Assembly (NCBI GenBank): GCA_002269645.1
Contig: NIVC01003780.1
Location: 13,107-77,106, forward strand
DNA: 64,000 nt
Direction of reading: 5' to 3'
From: Macrostomum lignano
Lineage: Eukaryota
Part shown: one piece after another, positions 27,522 through 42,816 of the stretch
Position numbering within the stretch: position 1 is the first letter of the stretch
How the letters are laid out: each line of letters starts with the position of its first letter
The notes under the pieces: generated by a model
Told to the model about the DNA's origin: nothing
What the model saw: only the letters and a program-made list of their open reading frames with translations
Databases searched by the model: none
Translations under genes and position numbers: made by a program

Positions 27522-30500
27522 CCCAGTGGCAAAGCCGAGCTCGGCCCGAGCTCGGTCCGCCGAGATCGGGCCGAGCTCGGCGGGTTGACGGCGGTTCTAG
27601 CTCGGGCCGACGACCTCGGGCCGAGGTCGGCTGACCGCGGTAATGCCGAGTAGCTTTGCACTATACTTTCTATTTAGCTTATTATAAAGCTTATATTGCT
27701 TCTTGCAGATTGATTACATGTAGGTGCCACTTTCACTTTCTATAGAATTTTACTGTACATGTACAATTCGGTATTACATGAAAAAGAAAAGGTGAATGGG
27801 AAAACGACATGACACGAATTGAAACCATCGAGTTAAAGATCCCATGTCATTCCTAGCATGTTAGTGCATTGCAGTGGTAATGTACGCTCGTATATGAGCC
27901 TAGTTATGGTGAGCCTTTAGTATAACTAGTTAATTGATTTCCCCTCGGAATTAGATACATATCCACCAGACTCAGTTCTCTGACCCAACAAATATACAAC
28001 CAACAGCCATGTTCAGGATTAAATGATTGTGAAATAAGACAACGATTTAGAAGTTAAAATAATTGAATTAAAAGAACACCGCAACAGTAAATCCACCACA
28101 AGCACACTTGTGTATTATCAAATGCTAATAATGATACAAGATTAACTTTCAAACCAATAAGCAAGAAAACAGAGAAAAAGTAGCTAAACAGCTGAAAACA
28201 GAGGTTGAGTTAAGGGTTGCGATACGGATTTGGTTGAGCATTTATTAACATTATAAACTGTAAAGACTTCACTTTAGATTGTAGAACGAGACGCTTGATA
28301 CGAGGAAAGCGACTGCAATTTATATTGTAAATATTGAGCACGATACATTGGGTGTAAGAGGCTTAAGGGTGGAGAGCAAGAGCGGCCAGAATGCAGAGCG
28401 CACATAAGAATGTACAGCGAAATATCGCAGAAGGGAGTACGCAGCGAAACTGGTAAAACACCACCTCAAAACACGGAGTAAAAACAAGCTAACAAAACAA
28501 ACAACAATTCGCCCAGCCAAGTCACCACACTCCTCCCCACAAAGATTAAGCGTTAGATAAAAACGGGAATAAAAGACGCAAATCAGTTTACAGTCCATAG
28601 AGGAACAGTCCATAGTCACTGGTAGCGCAGCCGGTCAGCTTAAGCTCTTGCCCTGGTCGAACGTCAAAGTGGCGCCGCAGAGCTCAACTCTGGCGCCTGG
28701 CCAGGCGTCTCCGCAGGGGCCTCTGGTTGATCGTCAGACACCTCGGCACATAGCGGTTGCTCAACTTTGGAAGGCGCCGCAGGCACTTGATTGGTGTGCC
28801 GATGGACCTCTCGACCATCGTCAAACTGGCAAGAGACACAGCCCTGGAGCAGTCGGTCAGAACAGCAGGCTTCCAGCTGCCATCAGCAGCAAAGTCCCTC
28901 GCAACGACTGCGTTGCCCATCTCAATGTGGTGGTCATGGGCATGGGTGTCGTGCTGCTGCTTCTGGATCGCTTGTGGGTAGCCTTAGAATCTCGCCCCAT
29001 TTTCTCAAAGTGTTGTATCTAGAACATCAAGGGGGTTAGAATTGAAGCCATATGATGAAAAAGTAAAAAAATTGGAATCAAATACATAAATGGAAAACAC
29101 AAAACTGATACCCAAATCTGGCCTGCAGTGCAAAACTGATGCCAAATATGGCATAGGGCCCTAGTATATAAAAATAGCATCAATATCTAGTCTATGGTGC
29201 AAAAATAAAGTAAAAACCTATAATAGTAAAATAAGTATACTATAGTTGTACTAAAAAGTCATTAGAAAAACAATATAGTATAATATGAATACTATGAATC
29301 TATTCAAAAGAGTAAAAAATTGGCATATAAAGCAAAATTACATTAAATTGCCTGCCATAAAATGCACAATTGGCATTATATCCTGGCCCATAGTACATAA
29401 ACAATGTCTTAAATTAACTGATAGTATGTAATTCATGATGGCATTGCCATAGACAAATAAAAAAATAAGAAGCTAGACCTAATATAGTAGGGATAAAAAT
29501 ATCATAGGAGCCTAAAAATCTGGCTTTATTTAGGCCATTTTAGACTTTTCAAATCACAGGATTTATGACCTAAGCTAGATATCATTCCTACAGTTAAGTT
29601 ATGGTAACTCCTATTGCAATCCTATACTTTTCAACATTTTATCATGAAAATATGCTTTTTGTAGATAAATTGTTTAGTAAAATTTCCATTTAAGAATCTT
29701 GAGCTAAGTCCAGGATTTGGGACGCGACAAGAAATTCTTCTCCTCGGATTTATTCACTTTTAACTCCTAGATAACTATTTGATGGCCATTCTGAAAATAG
29801 CTGGTGAATTGCCATCGTAATATGTCTAATTATCATTAATGAAAACATATTTCATACGCCTATTCATAAATTGTAAGCAAATCTTCATTAAACCCAAAAA
29901 AGCAAGTTTACATTGCATTACAGTGTAGCTATAGTTCAATTAGTTACGGCTTAACTGTAAGACTAAGTATGTCTCTGGAATTTTTGCCGAAACATCTAAA
30001 TGCTTCCAAAGAACGTGTAATAAAAATAATAACTAAGAAGCTAAATGAATTGCCACGTTAAAAAGAGCTAGACACTGTAATACAATTGACTTGACCTGCA
30101 CGGGAGCAATATATTCAAATGAATGGCAAAAAATGAGCAATAATTACGCCTTAAGTAAATTCTAAAGCAGTTAATTATTTATTTATATTTTTACTAACGA
30201 AGCTATGTTCTTTTATCTGGTAAATTACTCATATATATAATTGTTAAAATCCAGTACTTCGAATTTTCCGTACCTATAACGCATGCACTTCATGGTCGTC
30301 TCGAAGGAGAATAAATCCATAAAAGTCAAATCACCTACTCAACGAGGAAACTAATTCAGTAAAAACACAATTAGTATGTGTAAAAAGCACATTACACCAC
30401 TTTGGTGGATCAAAAGTGCTGTATGATTGCGTTGTTTTTGTTTATTGCAAAAGAGTCACTTTTTCAGTGTAAATTATTCATCTATATTTATGCGGGTTTT

Positions 30501-30698
30501 TTTTTTAATCATATTGAATTCATTAGCGTAGGTAAATTCTGCTTAATTGATTAAAACTTTTAATCGGTTAACGGCGCGGCACCCCGAGGTTCTACCGAGT
30601 TCGGGCCGACGTCGGCTGGCCGACTTTAGTATGGCCGATCGAATGCCGAGTGGCCGACGTCGGCCCGAGCTCGGACCGAGCTCAGCTTTGCCACTGGG
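27522..30698. mobile_element. EnSpm/CACTA-like family A monomer (3177 bp), diverged from the dimer units and lacking both nested TIR elements
   Basis: Same CCCAGTGGCAAAGC TIRs, 2-bp TSD CA, internal sequence collinear with 12503-16820. Confidence 0.9.
28280..28975 (-). mobile_element. Gypsy 3' fragment, third (more degenerate) copy, LTR 28280-28529
   Basis: Homologous to 13256-13950. Confidence 0.75.
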
Positions 30699-31525
30699 CA
30701 AGACCTCTGTTAAAGTTCTCCTCGGTACAGTGGTTCAGTGCAACGCAAGTGCTCGGTAAAAACACCCTGAACGACATGATGGCTCGGATTTCTACAAGAG
30801 CGAATCTATCACAGACCTACACCAATCATTGTCTTCGTGCTACGGTTGTCACGACACTAGCAAACAAGGGCATTTCTGCTGGCGACATTCAATGTGTTAC
30901 CGTTCACAAGAGGCCAGAGTCGGTTCAGAGGTACACAAAGCGGATCTCGCCAGGGAAGAAGCGTCAACTGTCCGATGCTCTGACAATGGATTCTTCGCCG
31001 CCTGGTCCAATCGTTAAACGAGTCACGAGCGACGTCCCACTCCAATCGCCTGATTTTAGCGTTGAGCGTGGCGACCCAAAAGTATCTGATACTGACTGCG
31101 AACAAAGGGACTTTAATGGAGTTCTGCCGACTGCAGTGCTTGAGAAAAATGGATCCCGTGTTCTATTTTTCCTATAAGTGAGTACCTCTGAACGCCATGT
31201 ACTGTAAAGACGGCGTGGGTTGCACCACATGACTATATTAAATCGTTACTGTTGTCCTCTTTGTAATGTTGCACTTTTAACGTTTTAAATAAAATCGTTT
31301 CAGCTTCGTCTATGGCCCAGCCCGATATCGGGCAGAGAATGGGCCATTTCTTAAGCAGTTTTGCCCGCAAAATCAAGCAGGAATTACAAAAAATCGCGTA
31401 ATTTTGCTATACGTACGTGTCTATGGCTGCAATTACTGCGATTTCGTCTTTCCTCATAATTAATGCTTCCATAATTAGTTTGAATTTCAAAGATTGACTC
31501 TCGCAACAATTGATTACTTGTAAGC

Positions 31526-35684
<4,159 letters not shown>

Positions 35685-36565
35685 AGGCAGCTGAGCGAGC
35701 TAAATATGATTGGTTAACTTTTTCGTTTTAAAACGCGGCATTCCAATTCAGATGAATGTATGGTTCACTCAGTGGATTGCATCTACTTGTTCATTTTTCC
35801 CGCTTATACTCGTAGTCGCAACTTGAGTCAAGTGGTATTTGGTAAACTATATTACAAACTGTATTGAAACCAATGTTTTTTTCATACATACATGCAAAAA
35901 GTAGCGGACACCAAAAATGCTCGTGTAAACGTTGAATGTTCTACTTTCTTTGTTACCGCTAATTACGCTTACGAGCTAAATGAGGCAAACTTGGCCCATG
36001 ACTCTAAAACAGATTAGGAATTATCAAAAGGGTTTTAAAGAGCTCCAAGACTCATTGAATAGGTTTGATATGCTTACATAAGAGTACGCGATGAAATTTA
36101 TGATTACTATACGTTTTTGCGTTCAATTTGGAGCGACACACGCAGCGGAAACAAGCCAAGCTGAAAGGCATAGTTTGCCATAGACATGTGCAGATAACCA
36201 GCAAGCAACCAATTTGGTCTAAACTGCGTTCTATTTGGGCTATCTAAAGATTCTCCAAAGGTCCACCAAGCTGATTGTGCCATGTCTCAACATTTCTCTT
36301 GCAGGAGCTGTTCTTGTGCAAAACCAAATTGAACGCAGCTATTTCCAAATTGCTTTCTGCTAAGTCTATGGCCAAACCCTAAGGGGCTGACACCACAGAA
36401 CTTACAGTTCACAGAACTTACCCAGAATGCTCAATCAGCGAATTTATGAAATTAAACTGCGTAGAGTTAGAGATACGCACAAACTACTAATCCGATGAAG
36501 AAGCATAAGTAGCCATAGACTATTACTCAAACTCAAATGTGTAGCACAAGACCGCCTGAATTATA

Positions 36566-37458
36566 TTTTTTTGCGATTGAATTCGTCCAAACTGCAAAAC
36601 CTTTCGTCCACCATTGTCGGCTGATTTTCCATGCAAGAATGGCATTCTTGCACTCTTTTGCGTGCAGGAATGGATGTCTATGGTAAAATCTCACTGAAAA
36701 AGCATTAGGCGCAGAAATGCATTCCTGCACGGTTTTGTGCATTCCTGCACGATGAATCATCCGACAATGGAATTCCTTCACGTTCACTCGTGCGGGAATA
36801 TATCAATGCTTTCTTAATGGGAGCTTAATTTAGATCATACCACAGACAACTGTGTTCACGCAAAACGGTTCATCCAGTTTGTAAACCATTTCGTCCCCTA
36901 GACTAGAGACCGAGTGTACTGTTCCTACCATAGTTAACACCCAATTGACAGTTCGCTTTTGCTACCACTACAGCTACAGCAACGCATATCTTCCATTCTG
37001 AACCCGGCAAAACAGTCGAAGATGAACCGAGGCCCCTAGCTCTCTAATCGGCAAGCTGCTGCTGCTGCGAACCTGACTCTGCATGCCTGGCGGATGCACA
37101 TTTTGAAGAGAGAGGTCGAAGCTGCACTGCACGTGATTACACAGGAGAAGTGCCAGCAATGGACCAATCACACTGTGGGTTACTACGGCCGCTGTTTGGA
37201 CTACGAAGACATTTTGAACTAACATTCTAACAAGAGACACTGTTTTTGCTTTGTTCAATATCTCGTGATATCAAATAAAGTCGCTCCGTTTAGCTGTTAG
37301 CTGTTTGGGCGAAGGGTTTAGACGAAATGTTTTACAAACTGGATGAACCGTTTTGCGTGAACACAGTTGTCTGTGGTATGATCTAAGTTTAGTTCCCATT
37401 AAGAAAGCGTTTGTGGACGAAAGGTTTTGCAGTTTGGACGAATTCAATCGCAAAAAAG
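36566..37458 (+). mobile_element. Internally deleted Tc1/mariner (IS630-like) element with long TIRs and TA TSD; transposase C-terminal remnant at 37085-37222; small inverted-repeat insert in the left TIR (~36611-36770)
   Basis: TTTTTTGCGATTGAATTCGTCC... inverted at 37412-37457 and ATCATACCACAGACAACTG... inverted at ~37320-37410; peptide LKREVEAALHVITQEKCQQWTNHTVGYYGRCLDYEDI. Confidence 0.75.
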
Positions 37459-37587
37459 TAAGTCAGTAAACCAGAAACCAGCAATCGAAACGTAAAACAT
37501 GAAACGTAGAAACCAGTTAAACTGGAGAATGAAAAGTTTTGAAGTGATGCAACTCAAAAAGTTGGATAAAAAGCGGACAAGTGTCAA

Positions 37588-38030
37588 TAAAGCACTGTCA
37601 TTAGTTGCCAACCAATGGTGCAGCCGCGGGCGGCAATACAGCGCTGCAAAGCTGATTGCACAACCTACCGAATGGGACTCAATGTGCAGATTGAGGGCGG
37701 GCTGAATCGCTGCAGCAAATTTTCGCTGAAGGTCTTTGCCAACGCCTTTCTGTTGGAAATAGGATTTGTCACTGCCAAGAAAGATTTGCTCCATGATCCT
37801 GACGGCAGATACCAACTTGTCACTTGGATAAGTCAGACTGGACTCTGCGATGCTCTTCAAATTGATGAAGAGTCTGCAGGAATTATCAGCAGTCTGCAAT
37901 TCTGACGTGCATTCGCCGCATGGAGCATCCAAACAAGAAGTCAGATGTCTGCGTAGCAACCAGCCTGCAACATAAGAAAGCTTCTCATCTTCGATTCCAT
38001 TTCCATTTGACTCAAGAAACTCAGAAAAAT
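37588..38030 (-). pseudogene. P-element/THAP9-type transposase C-terminal fragment
   Basis: LSYVAGWLLRR...CxxC...L...INLK...LTYPS...V...EQIF...YCRPRLHHW matches the P-element transposase C-terminal pattern; no upstream catalytic domain. Confidence 0.75.
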
Positions 38031-38158
38031 TAGATTCTGTAAATAATAAACGCCGTTTAATACACATTCTGTGGTTAGAATGTCCGAGGCTGCATTTAAT
38101 GGTCCCGAGGAGAGCAAAGCGAGCCGAGGACCATTGATTGCAGCCGAGGATATTTTAA

Positions 38159-39123
38159 CCATAGACTATGATGAATTAAACGGCGTTTATCATATATGAA
38201 ATTCGATTGCTTATTTTTCGGGGGCATCCCATCTGATTGATAGACACATAGGCTTAGGCCATTTTATTCCGACCATAGACAAATAAAATACGTTTCTCAC
38301 GAAGATACAGTCATGAAGCAGCCAGTCAATCAGTGGTGGCAAAATGTAAAAGCCGAATTTAGAGTCGCTTCTTCTTCGAAATAGAATAAAAAATACAATA
38401 TGGAAGGCTTAGAAGACGTCAATTTTGACGCTGCTGTCGGAATTGAGTCGACAACTCGAGTTTCTGCTGAGTCCCTGGACGAAGCTGCTCTAGAAAAAAG
38501 AATCAAAGAAAGTTTGCCTGTCGCTACCAGAGCGAAGGAAAAATGGGCAATGAAGTTTTTTAATCTATGGAAAGAGACGCGCGTCAACCGTCAATTGGCA
38601 GGCGAAGATTCGGGACTTATGGTTCTCAAGCCAACCGAGGATCTGATGTTCTGCAGAACGTTTCTGTCTCGTCTGGATCATCAGTCTCGTCTGGTGAATC
38701 GTCTGAGCAAACTCGCGCTGTCTTGGCGTCAGCTGGTGAATCGTCTGAGCAAGTCGGCGCCGATCGAGTCACAGACAGGCGTCGTCTAGGTGTCAAGTCT
38801 ATTGTCGTTGTATCGTATCATACAATTAGTTGAGTATGCAAAGTTTTGTTGTCGTGTTAGTTGTTGGTTGCTAAATATGCTGGCTTGTTCACTTCAATTT
38901 TTAAATAATGCTCCTGATTTCGAGGAGATTATATCATATAATCTCCTAGTTTTTGTCAAATAATCTCTCCAAAAATTACCATAGACAACACATTCTCGGC
39001 TCAGAATAGTACAAATTTTTAACGATTAAATAAGCAATCGTATTTTATATTAGAATTAGAATTGTTTTTTTAACTCGGCGCGATCTTAAATTGAACGCAA
39101 AATCCTTCAGAAAAGCCATAGAC
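38159..39123 (+). mobile_element. Internally deleted Crypton-like remnant (N-terminal coding piece 38400-~38645, Ser-rich tail to 38833) bounded by CCATAGAC motifs and a CGATTGCTTATTT/AAATAAGCAATCG inverted pair
   Basis: RIKESLPVATRAKEKWAMKFFNLWKETR resembles the Crypton N-terminal PxNTxxxTxWAxxxFxxWxxxR pattern; four CCATAGAC copies. Confidence 0.6.
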
Positions 39124-39148
39124 AATAAAGCGAAGCCAGTGGAAATAT

Positions 39149-40731
39149 ATGGCAGACGGAACTCTTAAATTGAACGCAACCTTTTCTGAACTTGAACGCA
39201 AAAGCTATATTAGAAAAAAAACTATGTCAAGAGAGCAAGAACGTCCGCTGCACCAGCTGCCCGTGTCAAGAATCCGGGCCCTGCGCAAAGAATGGGGACA
39301 CCCGTCTCAATTATTGAACTCAACGCATCGCTGGGCTACGATTCTGCTGATAATAATATTTCTTATTTTAGTCGCTTGCTTCTTAACGACCACCACCTGC
39401 CTCTACCTGGACAGAGGTCTGTTCTGTACGTCCTCTTCGTCGCCATCAGCTGTTGAAGACAGGAGAAAACTGCAATGGTCGGAGTGGACTCAATGCTCCA
39501 GCAAAAACTACAAGTGCGGAATCGGAGACAGGTTTAGGTGCGTATAGGGGCTGTTGACAAACGAAGACTTTCTCGTTTCCAGAAGACTATTAATATACTC
39601 TTACAAGCTGTTGAACCCCGCGGATTTTGAATCCGCTAAATTCCCCAATGCACGGGAATATTTTTGAAGCATTCTTAAATCTGAGGCCATACTCAAGCAA
39701 AAACTTGTTAATAGTTAGGATAGAAGTAAGAAAAATTGGAGTCAATTCGTAAACATTAAAATTTGGATCCTTTGAAAATTCTCTCCTCTCATCTCTCCAC
39801 TCTGCTCGCATCTCTCTCTCTCTCCTCTCTCCTCTCTCCTCTCTCCTTTCTCCTTTCTCCTCTCTGCTCTCATCTCTATCTCTCCTCTCTCCTCTCCTCT
39901 CTCCACTCTGCTCTTATCTCTTTCTCCTCTCTCATCTCCTCTCTCCTCTCATCTCTCCACTCTGCTCTTATCTCTTTCTCCTCTCTCATCTCCTCTCTCC
40001 TCTCATCTCTCCACTCTGCTCTTATCTCTTTCTCCTCTCTCCTCTCCTCTCTCCACTCTGCTCTTATCTCTTTCTCCTCTCTCCTCTCCTCTCTCCACTC
40101 TGCTCTCATCTCTCTCCTCTCTCCTCTCATCTCTCCACTCTGCTCTTATCTCTCTCCTCTCTCCTCTCTCCTCTCTCTCTCATCTGGTCTATGCTCTTTA
40201 TTCTTTCTCTCCTCTCCTCTCCCCTTTTTCCTCTCATCTCTTTTCCTTCCTCTTACCCCCTCCCTCTCCTCTCCTCTCTTCCCTCTTCTCTCTTCACTTT
40301 ACTCTCCTCTCTTCCCTCTCCTATCTCCTCTCTCTCCCTTTTCCCCTAACTTGCGTTCTTAGTATTGAAATGGCGTTTAAATTATCTAAATTGTCTTTTT
40401 TAGATTCAGCGATATGAACAGTAAAGACCCTGATCTGATTGGAATACGAACGATCCAGATCGACCACTGCATCGACAGTAACGATTGCCCACGTGAGAAG
40501 AATTCAGCCATCGGGTTTACATTCTACGAGCGTACCTTGCATAGATAAAATAATTTAATTTCAGAACGAGGTTTCTGGGCACAGTGGATGGAGTGGTCCA
40601 ATTGTACATGCGGTCCGTTTGGCCTGCATGTCCGACAGCGAGAGTGTCTCAACACGCAAAATGTAGTCACAGATATCACAAAGTGCGACGGCATGTTTCA
40701 CGAGGTTAAAAAGTGCAGCAGCAGCTGTTAA
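39149..40731 (+). CDS. Gene B: type II membrane protein with 2 TSP1 repeats, ~214 aa, possibly truncated; exons 39149-39537, 40404-40492, 40565-40731 (alternative start 39224)
   Basis: TM ILLIIIFLILVACFL followed by CLYLDRGLFC; phase 2 and 1 GT-AG introns join in frame; exon 2 is 89 nt as in gene C; TAA directly after CSSSC. Confidence 0.8.
39602..40360. mobile_element. 5'-partial copy of the repeat family at 42146/46640, followed by CT-rich low-complexity sequence
   Basis: ACAAGCTGTTGAA.CCCGCGGATTTTGAA...TTGGATCCTTT.AAAATT shared with the other copies. Confidence 0.7.
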
Positions 40732-40804
40732 AGTAGGTTTGCACATAGCATGTCCACTTAAAGCAAATACATTAAATTGGAGTTGATATTGATCAAAAAC
40801 TTCC

Positions 40805-41540
40805 GCCCCTTGGTGCTAAAGCCCCTTGGTGCTAAAGCCCTTGGTGCTAAAGCCCCTTGGTGCTAAAGCCCCTTGGTGCTAAAGCCCCTTGGTGCTAAAG
40901 CCCCTTGGTGCTAAAGCCCCTTGGTGCTAAAGCCCCTTGGTGCTAAAGCCCCTTGGTGCTAAAGCCCCTTGGTGCTAAAGCCCCTTGGTGCTAAAGCCCC
41001 TTGGTGCTAAAGCCCCTTGGTGCTAAAGCCCCTTGGTGCTAAAGCCCCTTGGTGCTAAAGCCCCTTGGTGCTAAAGCCCCTTGGTGCTAAAGCCCCTTGG
41101 TGCTAAAGCCCCTTGGTGCTAAAGCCCCTTGGTGCTAAAGCCCCTTGGTGCTAAAGCCCCTTGGTGCTAAAGCCCCTTGGTGCTAAAGCCCCTTGGTGCT
41201 AAAGCCCCTTGGTGCTAAAGCCCCTTGGTGCTAAAGCCCCTTGGTGCTAAAGCCCCTTGGTGCTAAAGCCCCTTGGTGCTAAAGCCCCTTGGTGCTAAAG
41301 CCCCTTGGTGCTAAAGCCCCTTGGTGCTAAAGCCCCTTGGTGCTAAAGCCCCTTGGTGCTAAAGCCCCTTGGTGCTAAAGCCCCTTGGTGCTAAAGCCCC
41401 TTGGTGCTAAAGCCCCTTGGTGCTAAAGCCCCTTGGTGCTAAAGCCCCTTGGTGCTAAAGCCCCTTGGTGCTAAAGCCCCTTGGTGCTAAAGCCCCTTGA
41501 TGCTAAAGCCCCTTGGTGCTAAAGCCCCTTGATGCTAAAG
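40805..41540. repeat. Near-perfect 16-bp satellite (GCCCCTTGGTGCTAAA), ~46 copies
   Basis: Direct repeats; only a few variant units. Confidence 0.98.
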
Positions 41541-42145
41541 GTCTTTGGCTACGAAAAACTCAGTTTTGAGTAAATTATCACGTAATTTTACATTACAGCC
41601 TCTGCAAGATGGGCCCCCACAACAGAACTGATCAGCCTGCAGTTCATCAAACAAAACACGGCAGATGGTTCAAACAGCGATCTTAAAGTGAGAGCTGCGT
41701 CGGATCCCGGGGGAAGAAGTCGGCTTGCAATTTTTTGCCTTAGTACCGTACTCAATTAATTATAAATAGCTCATGTATATCACCGTGTACGCACAGATAA
41801 AAATTTATGAAAAAAATCCACTATATTTTATATTGAATCTTCTTAAGCATAAAATTGAGGCAAAGATGCTTCTTTTTTAAACTAATATTTTTCTTAAATC
41901 ATCACCTTCAAGGAAAAAAGCGCTAGAATAAAAAAATACAGATTGCTATGAGCGTAATTAAACTCATATAATATGACTGTCGTGACATTTTTTGCGGTAT
42001 ACATATAGTTCTAACAACGCGATGGGCATCTTCATTTTTTCATAAGTTGCAGCTAAAATTGCATGATTATAAGTAAAAGTACGAGTATGAGGTATTAGAA
42101 TGAGAATGAGTATTAGCGTGATGAGTTACATGCATTATATGATAT

Positions 42146-42764
42146 GACAAGCTGTTGAAACCCGCGGATTTTGAACCCGGGGAATTCCAATCCCCGGAAC
42201 TACTTTTGCATGTATTCTGAAATCTAAGGCCATACACAAACAAAAACTTGTTAATAGTTAGTAGGATAGAGGTAGACATAAAATGGAGCACATTCGTGTA
42301 AAATTAGGGTTTGAGACATTGTTGGCTGGGGTACTGCGCAGAATGTCAGGCAATGTCTGTCTGACTCTAAAACATATATTGCTAAACTCTGGTCTTTCCC
42401 TGACTCTCCCTACGTCCCTTGGATCCTTTAAAATTTCTATCGTCTCTTTGTTTCCTCTCATCTCTCTCGTCCCTCGTCTCTCCTCTCTCCTCTCTCATCT
42501 CTCCCCTCTTCTCTCGTATCTTCCCTCATCTCTCTTCTCTTTCATCTCTCTTATCTCATCTCTTGTCTCTTCGTTTCTCTCTCCTCTCCTTTCACCTCTC
42601 TACTTTTTCGTTTTCTCTCTCCTCTCCTCTCTCCTCTCTCCCCCCTCTCCTCTCTCCTCTACTCTCTCATCTCTCCCCTCTTCTCTCGTCTCTTCCCTCA
42701 CCTCTTTTCTCTCTCGGCTTTGCTCTCTCATCATTCCTTTCCTTATCTCTTCTCATTTCTCTCT

Positions 42765-42816
<52 letters not shown>

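Larger units (their letters stand above)
27246..31177 (+). pseudogene. Crypton tyrosine recombinase (DUF3504-type) catalytic domain, split by a transposon: 27246-27521 + 30701-31177
   Basis: FGFRGRE, TCPV, LGKNTL, YTNHCLRAT and HKRPESVQRY motifs; removing 27522-30700 gives a continuous ...SDLFP-RPLL... frame. Confidence 0.9.

Noticed and set aside
37444-38067. Domesticated THAP9-like host gene
   Set aside because: Only the C-terminal region is present, with no THAP or catalytic domain, and it is truncated by neighbouring elements
40805-41540. CRISPR-like array (also 1-880 and 9495-9635)
   Set aside because: No unique ~30-bp spacers, no cas genes, eukaryotic context
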